From an uncultured archaeon (GTDB lineage Archaea; Iainarchaeota; Iainarchaeia; Iainarchaeales; JAAZKV01): a stretch of 64,000 nucleotides of DNA. Shown in pieces: positions 56,889 through 64,000 of this stretch. Location of the stretch: positions 21,028 through 85,027 of the forward strand of contig CAZJVN010000001.1 of assembly GCA_964549775.1 (NCBI GenBank), given 5' to 3'. Each line of letters opens with the position of its first letter. Position 1 is the stretch's first letter. The notes under the pieces were generated by a model that made no database searches, was not told the DNA's origin, and saw only the letters and a program-made list of their open reading frames with translations. Position numbers and translations under genes: made by a program.

Positions 56889-58187
56889 CTATTTTTTTCT
56901 CAATTTTTTTATTATCTCTTCTGCTTTAGCTTGATTTATTTCTTTTGAAGTGATCATTTCTTCTGCAACTTTGTCAATTTCATTTTCGCTTGCTCCAGCT
57001 CCTGCAGCTAATGCTCGAGCGTGTAACTTCATGTGTCCTTGTTGAATTCCTACTGTTGCAAGTGCTCTTAGTGCGGCAAAATTTTGTGCTAACCCCACGC
57101 ATGCTGCTATGCTTGTTAGTTCTTTTGAATTTTTTACTCCAAGAATTTTTAGTGATAATTGCGCCATGGGGTTTAGTTTTGCTGTTCCTCCAATTGTTGC
57201 AAGAACAATTGGTAATTCTATCTCTCCAACCAAGTCTCCTTTTTTATTTTTATAATATTTGGTTAGTGGAAGATATTTCCCTTTTTCTTTATAAGCCGCA
57301 AAAGAATGTACTCCTGCTTCAACCCCTCTAAAATCATTTCCAGTAGCAATTGTTAGTGCGTCAATTCCATTCATTATTCCTTTGTTATGAGTTGCTGCTC
57401 TAAATGGAGAACTTATTGCAAATTCGTAAGCGTCTAAAATATTTTCAATTATTTGTTCTCCACTTAAACCAAATTGACCGCTTCCTTCTAGTTTTTCTTT
57501 TGTCCAAATTGTACTAGCTCTTGCTTTTCTATGAATTGCAAGATTTGAAATAATTCTAAGAAGTGCTTTTCCTCCAGAAATTTTTTCAACTAAAGGAGTT
57601 ATTTTTTCTGTCATTGTATTTATTGCATTTGCCCCCATTGCATCACGAACATCCACTAATAATTGTAATTCTATCATCTCTCCGCGTGTTGTTTTTAGTA
57701 CCTCTCCTTTTAGGTCACGCGGCCCTCCTCCAAATTTTACTAAAACTGAATCTACTTTTTCTGCTTCTGCCAAAATTTCTTTTTTTGAATCAAGAATTTT
57801 CTTTAATGCACTTTTTGCATTCTTCATTTTTACTAATTGTATTTGTCCTATCATTACTGGTTCATCACTGGATGTGGAAAATCCACTAGATAATTTTGCG
57901 GCGTTACTTGCAGCCGCGACCACACTTGGTTCTTCAAGAACAAATGGAACCAAATATTCTTTTCCATCAATAACAAAATTTGTTGCAATTCCATAAGGTA
58001 GAGAAAATGTACCCACTACATTTTCTATCATTTTGTCTGCGTTAGATAAAGGTAAATTACTTTCTTTAAGTAAAGTGTTTTTTTCTTCAATAGTTAATGC
58101 ATATTCTTTTGATAGAATTTCTTGTCTTTCTTTTATTGTCTTTTTGTAAAATCCATCAAAATTTTTTGAATTCAAATTAATCACCAA
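56889..58187 (-). CDS. hmgA: HMG-CoA reductase (class I, NADPH-dependent)
   Basis: 432 aa. ..DAMGANAINTM.., ..GTIGG.., C-terminal GHMKLHARA. Confidence 0.9.
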   Translation of the reverse strand: MVINLNSKNFDGFYKKTIKERQEILSKEYALTIEEKNTLLKESNLPLSNADKMIENVVGTFSLPYGIATNFVIDGKEYLVPFVLEEPSVVAAASNAAKLSSGFSTSSDEPVMIGQIQLVKMKNAKSALKKILDSKKEILAEAEKVDSVLVKFGGGPRDLKGEVLKTTRGEMIELQLLVDVRDAMGANAINTMTEKITPLVEKISGGKALLRIISNLAIHRKARASTIWTKEKLEGSGQFGLSGEQIIENILDAYEFAISSPFRAATHNKGIMNGIDALTIATGNDFRGVEAGVHSFAAYKEKGKYLPLTKYYKNKKGDLVGEIELPIVLATIGGTAKLNPMAQLSLKILGVKNSKELTSIAACVGLAQNFAALRALATVGIQQGHMKLHARALAAGAGASENEIDKVAEEMITSKEINQAKAEEIIKKLRKK

Positions 58188-58221
58188 AAAAATTTAAAAT
58201 TAAAAACTTCTTTTATAAAAT

Positions 58222-59559
58222 TTATTCTCCGTTTTTTTGTTTATTTTTTTCTAACTCCTGTTCTATTAATTGTCTTTGTTTTGCTTCTGCTTCTGCTTTA
58301 TCTTTTTTATTAAAATAATGGATTATTGATTTTGCAGCGTCTCTTCCTGTGGATATTGCTTCAATCACTGTTTTTGGTCCGTGTACACAATCTCCGCCTG
58401 CAAATAAATTTGGCACAATGGTTTGTTTATTTTTGTTTACTAGTATGCATCCGTCTGGTCCAATTTTTATTACATCTTTTAAAGAATCATTATCATGTTG
58501 TTGCCCAATTGCTACTATTACTTTATCCGCTTCAATTGATCCACTTTCTCCATTTTTATAATATACCTTTTCTACATGTTCTTTTCCTTCAAATTTTTCC
58601 ACTTGAACACCAAAAATAAATTTTACTCCTTCCTCTTCTGCTTCGATATAATCTTTTTCAGTTACTGACTTGTGAGCTTCTTCTTTTGATGCATAAGTTA
58701 TACAAGTTACTTTTCCGCCTAAACGTACTGCACTTCTTGCAGCGTCTATTCCAACATAGCCTGCTCCTATTACAACTACTTTTTCTCCTGGAGAAATCAT
58801 TGGTAGTGAACTTTGATTTAAATTTACTAAAAATTTCATTGCGTTCATTATTCCTTTAAGTTCGCTTCCCTCATTATTTAGCATTTTTGGTTTTCCTACT
58901 CCAGTCCCCATAAATACTACGTCATATTTTTTTACTAGTTCTTCTAAAATATCTGCGTCAATTTTTACGTTGGGTTCAAAGTCTACCCCGAGATCATGTA
59001 ATCCTGATATTTTTCTTGATACTATTTCTTTTGGTAGTCTGAATTCTGGAACTCCATATTTTATTACTCCCCCAAAAGTGTTTGTTCCTTCCATTACGGT
59101 TACATTTGCTCCATAAATTGATAAAAGTGCGGCCACTGTTAATCCACTTGGACCTGAACCTATTACTGCTACTTTTTTTTCATTATTCTTTTCTCGTTTT
59201 GGAAAAATTGTGTTATCCCCAATGTATCTTTCTATTGCTCCAATTGAGATTGGATCTTTTTTTGAATTAAGAATGCAAGCCCCTTCGCATTGTTTTTCAT
59301 GTTGACAAATTCTTCCACAAATACTTGGGAAAAAATTACTTTCTCTTATTATTTCTCCTGCTTCATTAGTGTTTCCTTCTCTAAAGGCTTTAAGAAATGC
59401 GGGAATATTTACTTTTGCGGGGCAACCTTCCACGCATTTTGGTAATTTACATTGAAGACAACGGTTTGCCTCAATTATTGCTTCTTCTTTAGTAAAACCT
59501 AGTTCTACCTCTTTAAAGGAATTTTTTCTTTCATCTAAAGGCAATAGCGGTACTTTCAT
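58222..59559 (-). CDS. GltD/NfnB/SudA-like NAD(P)H-dependent Fe-S flavoprotein (glutamate-synthase small-subunit family)
   Basis: 445 aa. N-terminal 2x[4Fe-4S] Cys clusters (CLQCKLPKCVEGCP; CGRICQHEKQCEGAC), then FAD (VAVIGSGPSG) and NAD(P) (VVVIGAGYVGID) Rossmann motifs. 35 nt upstream of hmgA. Confidence 0.75.
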   Translation of the reverse strand: MKVPLLPLDERKNSFKEVELGFTKEEAIIEANRCLQCKLPKCVEGCPAKVNIPAFLKAFREGNTNEAGEIIRESNFFPSICGRICQHEKQCEGACILNSKKDPISIGAIERYIGDNTIFPKREKNNEKKVAVIGSGPSGLTVAALLSIYGANVTVMEGTNTFGGVIKYGVPEFRLPKEIVSRKISGLHDLGVDFEPNVKIDADILEELVKKYDVVFMGTGVGKPKMLNNEGSELKGIMNAMKFLVNLNQSSLPMISPGEKVVVIGAGYVGIDAARSAVRLGGKVTCITYASKEEAHKSVTEKDYIEAEEEGVKFIFGVQVEKFEGKEHVEKVYYKNGESGSIEADKVIVAIGQQHDNDSLKDVIKIGPDGCILVNKNKQTIVPNLFAGGDCVHGPKTVIEAISTGRDAAKSIIHYFNKKDKAEAEAKQRQLIEQELEKNKQKNGE

Positions 59560-59590
59560 TAATAATCCCTTTTAGTTTTAAAATTTTTAA

Positions 59591-59615
59591 CTAGCCTTTT
59601 TATAAAAAAGGTTAG
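59591..59615. promoter_or_regulatory. Imperfect 25-bp palindrome/hairpin (ctagcctttttataaaaaaggttag) in the putative promoter region of the gltD-like/HMGR operon
   Basis: Read directly. Sits 30-55 nt upstream (minus-strand sense) of the ATG at 59559. A second perfect palindrome CGTCAATTGACG lies at 59682-59693. Confidence 0.25.
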
Positions 59616-59763
59616 CTCACCAACAGTAAGATGAATAAGGGGTTTAAGTATAAAAACCTATCCAAACAACGAAGAGCAAAACGTCAATTGACGAAAGAAA
59701 CTGGTTTTTTGAGCAATGTGGCCTTTTTTTAATAATTATTTGAATTATTTGATCTTTAAAATT

Positions 59764-60363
59764 TTATTTTTCTATTTTTTTGTTTTGTTCTTTTTTTAAA
59801 AGTAGTTTTTTCCAATCAAATAAAAAAAATGCTAAAATTGATACAACCCCTATTATTTCAATTGTTATGATCCAAATAGTTGCGCTCCCTGCGAGAGTTG
59901 TTTCAAGAGAGGTAAATATTTTTTCTGAAGTGAATACCAAAAATAAATAACTTATACTTCTTCCAACAAAAAATCCTGCGATAATTTCTCTTAGCCTTAT
60001 TTTTGTTGTTCCTACTGCAATAAAGAGTGAATTTGAAGGGAAAGGGAGTAGAGAAAAAATAACACTAAAAATAAATTTTTTCCAACTCTTTCCTTTTAAC
60101 TTGTTTCGAATTATCCCCATTTCTTCTTTTTTATCTTGACTTGCTAATTTATAAAAAACTTTTCTTGATAATATCGCAAGTACATATCTTCCGCAAGTCG
60201 AAGCTGTTACCCCTATAAAAATTAAAATAAGCAAATTTTGAGGGTTTGCAATATAAAAATAAGCGAGAACAATCCATGTTGGAGGGGCAAAAACAGGGAC
60301 AACATTTAACCCAAAAATAATTAACCATTCAAAAATTAGTTGTATTAGATCCATAATTATCAA
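59764..60363 (-). CDS. DedA/TVP38-like membrane protein (candidate)
   Basis: 199 aa, about 5 TMs. ..LLPFPSNSLFIAVGTTKIRLREIIAGFFVGRSISY.. resembles the DedA re-entrant loop motifs (conserved R/G). Confidence 0.4.
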   Translation of the reverse strand: MIIMDLIQLIFEWLIIFGLNVVPVFAPPTWIVLAYFYIANPQNLLILIFIGVTASTCGRYVLAILSRKVFYKLASQDKKEEMGIIRNKLKGKSWKKFIFSVIFSLLPFPSNSLFIAVGTTKIRLREIIAGFFVGRSISYLFLVFTSEKIFTSLETTLAGSATIWIITIEIIGVVSILAFFLFDWKKLLLKKEQNKKIEK

Positions 60364-60376
60364 AAAAGTAAACTAA

Positions 60377-61423
60377 TTATTGTTTTAACCAGTCTTTTAA
60401 TTTCCCTAAAACTACATATTCTTGTTTTTGTAGTTGAGAAATATTTTTACACCCTAACAAAAATGAAGTTATTTGCATTTCTTTTTTGAAATTTTCTAAA
60501 TAAGTTATAATTTCTTTTGAACCATTTTTTGTTTGTGCTTTTAAAATTGGTAAAGCATTTCCGACCATGTCTGCTCCAAGCACTATTGCTTTTGTTGCTT
60601 CAAGTCCGTTTCTTATTCCACCTGAAGCAATTATTTTTTTGTTTGTTCCATGTAGCGCGTTTTTTGTTTCAATTATTGATACTGCTGTTGGTATTCCAAT
60701 ATCTCTAAATTCACCACCAAAACTTTTTTTGTGTCGTAAAGAATCTACTCTTGTCCAACTTGTTCCGCCCGCTCCTTGTGTATCAATTGCAGAAATTTTT
60801 GTTTCACGTAACATCATTGCGGTTTCATAACTTACTCCGTGTCCAACTTCTTTTACATAAACTGGTACACTTAGTGTGTCAGAATATTCTATAATTTTTT
60901 CTACCACTCCTGAAAAGTCTAAATTTCCTTCAGGTTGCATTGCTTCTTGTGCTGCATTAATATGGATTGCAAGAGCATTTGCTTCTATTGCAGAAAGCGC
61001 ACTATCCACCTCTTTTGGATCATATTCTTTTAATTGCGCTGCACCTAAGTTTCCTGAAATAAAAATATCAGGAGCCACATCACGAACAAAATAAGTTTCT
61101 GTGAGTGAAGGTTGCTCAAGCATTGCTCTCATGCTTCCAAGACCCATCCCCACTCCTACTTCTTGAGCCGCAAGTGCAATATCTAAATTCACTTTTTTTG
61201 ATACTTGCGCTCCGCCAGTAATTGCTGAAACTAAAAATGGAAAAGAAAACTTTTTACCCAAAAATTCTGTAGACAAATTAATGTCAGAAAAGTTTATTTG
61301 TGGTAAAGCTAAGTAATTTAGTTCGATAAATTCAAGCAAGGTTGTTTTTTCTTTAAAGGAGACATCTTTTTTTGAACAAAGATCTAAGTGTTCTTTTTTT
61401 CTTTTTTCTATTTGAGAAATCAT
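60377..61423 (-). CDS. fni: Isopentenyl-diphosphate delta-isomerase type 2 (FMN-dependent, IDI-2)
   Basis: 348 aa TIM barrel. ..KKEHLDLC.., ..SAITGG.., ..ASGGIRNGLEATKAIVLGADMVG... Confidence 0.85.
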   Translation of the reverse strand: MISQIEKRKKEHLDLCSKKDVSFKEKTTLLEFIELNYLALPQINFSDINLSTEFLGKKFSFPFLVSAITGGAQVSKKVNLDIALAAQEVGVGMGLGSMRAMLEQPSLTETYFVRDVAPDIFISGNLGAAQLKEYDPKEVDSALSAIEANALAIHINAAQEAMQPEGNLDFSGVVEKIIEYSDTLSVPVYVKEVGHGVSYETAMMLRETKISAIDTQGAGGTSWTRVDSLRHKKSFGGEFRDIGIPTAVSIIETKNALHGTNKKIIASGGIRNGLEATKAIVLGADMVGNALPILKAQTKNGSKEIITYLENFKKEMQITSFLLGCKNISQLQKQEYVVLGKLKDWLKQ

Positions 61424-61449
61424 AAAATCACTTAAATAAATTTACTAAA

Positions 61450-62238
61450 TTATATTCTTCTTCTTTCTTCATTAATCATTCTTGAGAATTCCCCATATTT
61501 TTCACCAATTTCTTCTTGTATAATTTTTCCTATAGCGTCTTGCATTGCGATAAAAACGAAATGATTTGTAAAAGAAACTAATTTTGGAGAAGGGGTCGAT
61601 TTTGGATTAATTACTAATTGAGCTTTTGTTATTTCTGCAATTAATGATTCGTTTGCAGGATTTTTTAGCATAAGTACAAGAGAAGGATCACTTTTGTTTC
61701 TTGTTTTTCCATCAAAAGCTTCAATAAATAAATTAATTACTCCGTGGTTATTTGAAAATAATCTAACAATTAAAGGTTTATTTTTTTTTGTAAAAGAATG
61801 AAACTCCTCAACCACCTCTACTGGTGCGATTCCTCTCGCTTTTGCTAAAATTGAAGCAGCTTTTCTTAATCGAAATAAATAAAGAATATTTGTTAACTTT
61901 GTTCCCCTAAAACCAAGTCCTAATAAAACTTTTTTTCGAGCATTCATTACTTGTTCATTTTTTTGAACAAACGCTTTTCCTACAAGTTCTTTTACCTCTC
62001 CAAAAGCAGGGGTTTGGGTTATGAAAGCTTCTTTTCTATTTTTTTCTTTTAATTCTCTTTTCTTTGCTTCGACTTCTTTAAGTAAACTTAGATTTATTTT
62101 TTCTCTAACTTCCTTTCCTTTTTTTTGAGAAATAGTTATTATTGTATCATCTTTTGAAGCGTTTCTTATTTTTATCCTTGAAGTTGGATTAGTTTTTGGT
62201 TTTTTGTAAACTGGCATAAAATCACATTTTTCTTTCAA
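61450..62238 (-). CDS. Conserved hypothetical protein (about 255-262 aa) embedded between GGPP synthase and IDI-2
   Basis: Basic N-terminus, no motif recognised (..GIAPVEVVEEFHSF..FIEAFDGKTRNKSDPSLVLMLKNP..). Likely ATG at 62217 (MPVYKK) giving a 4-nt gap to GGPPS. Confidence 0.5.
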   Translation of the reverse strand: MKEKCDFMPVYKKPKTNPTSRIKIRNASKDDTIITISQKKGKEVREKINLSLLKEVEAKKRELKEKNRKEAFITQTPAFGEVKELVGKAFVQKNEQVMNARKKVLLGLGFRGTKLTNILYLFRLRKAASILAKARGIAPVEVVEEFHSFTKKNKPLIVRLFSNNHGVINLFIEAFDGKTRNKSDPSLVLMLKNPANESLIAEITKAQLVINPKSTPSPKLVSFTNHFVFIAMQDAIGKIIQEEIGEKYGEFSRMINEERRRI

Positions 62239-63316
62239 CTAAATATTCTGCAAATTTTTGTAACATTATTTTTGCATTGCTTTTTGGTAAAGTTTTGTCT
62301 AGTTTTTTCCAAGCAGTTTCAACTAATTTTTCTGCTTTCTTTTTTGAATATTTTATTCCATCATATTTATTTATTAGGTCTAAAGCTTCTTGTAATATTT
62401 TTTCATCAGTGGCGTGAGAGTCAAGGATTTCTATTAATCTTTTTTTATCTTCTTCACTTGCTACTTGTAGAGTTCTTATTACAATTAGGGTTCTTTTTCC
62501 TTCATGTATATCTCCACAAATACTTCCTTTTCCTTCTTTAAATTTGCTTTCAGTTAATTCTAGTATGTCATCTTGTATTTGAAATCCTACTCCTACAATT
62601 TGCCCAAAATCGGCCAACGCATTTTGTTGACTCTTGTTTGCTCCCCCAATTATTGCTCCAAGTTCGCAAGCAAATCTAGTCAATACTCCAGTTTTACATA
62701 AACACATGTTCAAGTATTGTTTTTCGTTCGGAGTGTATCCTCCTTTGTGCCAAGCAATGTCCCATGCTTGTCCACTCGATACTCTTAACATTTCTGTTAA
62801 ATACAAGTCTTGTATTGCTGCTTTCTTTTTTTCACTTAATTTAAATTCATTTGTAATTATTTTTGCCATTGGCCAATAATACATTATTGTTCCAGTATTC
62901 ACTGCTGTATCTACTCCAAATATTTTGTGTACACAAGCTTTTCCCCTTCTTGCAATTGAATCATCTTCCACATCATCGCACATTAATGTTCCGTTGTGAA
63001 TGATTTCAACTATTGGAGCTAATTTTTTTGCTTTATCATATTCTCCTCCAACTGCTTCTGCTGAAAGACAAGCTAAAACGGGTCTAAATCTTTTTCCCCC
63101 TCTGTCGAGTAAATCCCAAATTGGTTCATTTACTCCTTTTGTGTAAGCAACTAAGTCAAGTTCAAAAACGGTTTTTCCAAGAACACTTTCTATCCATTTT
63201 TTATTAGCTGTTCTTGGGATGTAATTTTCTATTTCTTTTTCTATTTCTGGGACTTTTAATTTTAAAAATTCTTTAATCTCCATTTTTGTTTCTTTATCAG
63301 TTACTTTATATCCCAA
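62222..63316 (-). CDS. Short-chain (E)-polyprenyl diphosphate synthase, probable geranylgeranyl diphosphate synthase
   Basis: FARM DDVEDDSIARRG and SARM GFQIQDDILE. 364 aa. Confidence 0.8.
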   Translation of the reverse strand: MGYKVTDKETKMEIKEFLKLKVPEIEKEIENYIPRTANKKWIESVLGKTVFELDLVAYTKGVNEPIWDLLDRGGKRFRPVLACLSAEAVGGEYDKAKKLAPIVEIIHNGTLMCDDVEDDSIARRGKACVHKIFGVDTAVNTGTIMYYWPMAKIITNEFKLSEKKKAAIQDLYLTEMLRVSSGQAWDIAWHKGGYTPNEKQYLNMCLCKTGVLTRFACELGAIIGGANKSQQNALADFGQIVGVGFQIQDDILELTESKFKEGKGSICGDIHEGKRTLIVIRTLQVASEEDKKRLIEILDSHATDEKILQEALDLINKYDGIKYSKKKAEKLVETAWKKLDKTLPKSNAKIMLQKFAEYLVERKM

Positions 63317-63420
63317 AAAAATCTCCCCCTTTAATTAAGTTCTAAAAAATTTAGTTCTTTTAGCCTTAATTAAATTATGGTTAGATGTGTTATTAAAAGT
63401 TATTAATGGACAAAATTGGA

Positions 63421-64000
63421 TTAAATTTGATTGTTTAAAAACTGTAAATCAAATTTTTTTTCAAGTAGTTCTAAAAATTCTTTAATCCTTTCTTCATTAA
63501 CTTTACAACCTGCCGCAATTTTGTGCCCCCCTCCTTCTACCCCACTTAACTCTGACGAAATTTCTTTGAACGCTTTACCCAAATTAATTCCTTTCCTTAG
63601 TAAAGAAGAGGTTGCTCTTCCTGAAACTTTTATTGTACCATCAGAATTCTTTGCAAGTGCAATTATTGGTTTATCTTCTCTAATTACTGATCCATAAAGC
63701 ATTCCTGCAATTATTCCAACTAAAGAATCTTGTATTTGGTCACTCGCATCAAAAAAATAATAATTTTTTCTTTCCTCAACTCCCTTTTCGAAAACAAATT
63801 GTATTCCTTTTGCAAGGGCAGTTCTATGCTCTTGAATTAACCCTAACAACTCTCCATATTCTTCAGCAAGATTTCTATTACCTAAGCAAACTTTTAAACC
63901 AATTTCTGGTCTTGCATGTCTCCCGCAAGAATTTAGTGCAGTCGCAAATTCTTTTGCATCACGAAGAGGAGATTTTCTTTCTTCTAAAAGTAAAGTGTAA
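63421..64000 (-). CDS. DHH-family phosphoesterase (RecJ/GAN-like), C-terminal DHHA1 part; N-terminus lies beyond the window
   Basis: DHHA1 signature GGGHKIAAG. The listed start is a TTG; the frame stays open upstream to the window edge (..YTLLLEERKSPLRDAKEF..LAEEYGELLGLIQEH..). Confidence 0.55.
   Translation of the reverse strand, partial: YTLLLEERKSPLRDAKEFATALNSCGRHARPEIGLKVCLGNRNLAEEYGELLGLIQEHRTALAKGIQFVFEKGVEERKNYYFFDASDQIQDSLVGIIAGMLYGSVIREDKPIIALAKNSDGTIKVSGRATSSLLRKGINLGKAFKEISSELSGVEGGGHKIAAGCKVNEERIKEFLELLEKKFDLQFLNNQI

Noticed and set aside
59721-59731. GGCC + T7 run (gtggcctttttttaataa) as an intrinsic terminator for the DedA-like gene
   Set aside because: On the minus (transcribed) strand the T-run precedes rather than follows the GC segment, and it lies upstream of, not after, the gene's stop. 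More likely part of the promoter/UTR region.
1-64000. Integrase/transposase, provirus or other mobile element; toxin-antitoxin or defence islands
   Set aside because: No recombinase, capsid/terminase, restriction-modification or Cas-like genes recognised. Gene content is core housekeeping, surface proteins and metabolism.

Overview
AT-rich (roughly 30% GC by eye), very gene-dense archaeal chromosome segment, standard genetic code. Several genes have Shine-Dalgarno-like GGAGG sites. The gene content (PolD DP1/DP2, Orc1/Cdc6, Hel308, NAC, Nog1, S3Ae, Bud32, SepF, TatAC, SecDF, CarS, archaeal-type HMGCS/thiolase/DUF35) indicates an archaeon. The low GC, tight packing and giant surface proteins fit a small-genome (DPANN-like) lineage, but that is inference. 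The window holds four main blocks. (1) Housekeeping: tatA-tatC, NAC, Hel308, a sugar nucleotidyltransferase. (2) A 9.5-kb three-gene operon for giant secreted/surface proteins (1698, about 555 and 901 aa). (3) A replication island: a candidate oriC next to orc1/cdc6, a kinase-like ORF, and convergent PolD DP1-DP2, with SepF beside it. (4) After SecFD, lipid genes (CarS, DUF92), ribosomal proteins and a bacterial-type grpE-dnaK-dnaJ operon, the last 20 kb is a single 19-kb co-directional minus-strand block. That block encodes, in order, GGPP synthase, an unknown protein, IDI-2, a DedA-like membrane protein, a GltD/NfnB-like Fe-S flavoprotein, HMGR, HMGCS, a small TM ORF, thiolase, a small basic ORF, DUF35, MVK, UbiX, a UbiD-like decarboxylase, AcnX-like large and small subunits, IPK, then porGDAB and Ham1. 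This is the complete 'archaeal alternative' mevalonate pathway physically fused to pyruvate:ferredoxin oxidoreductase. The most interesting candidates are the unannotated small ORFs embedded in the HMGCS/thiolase/DUF35 operon, the unknown 262-aa protein between GGPPS and IDI, the GltD-like gene directly upstream of HMGR (a possible ferredoxin-to-NADPH link), the giant surface-protein operon, and the candidate origin. No CRISPR array, integrase or obvious mobile element was seen.
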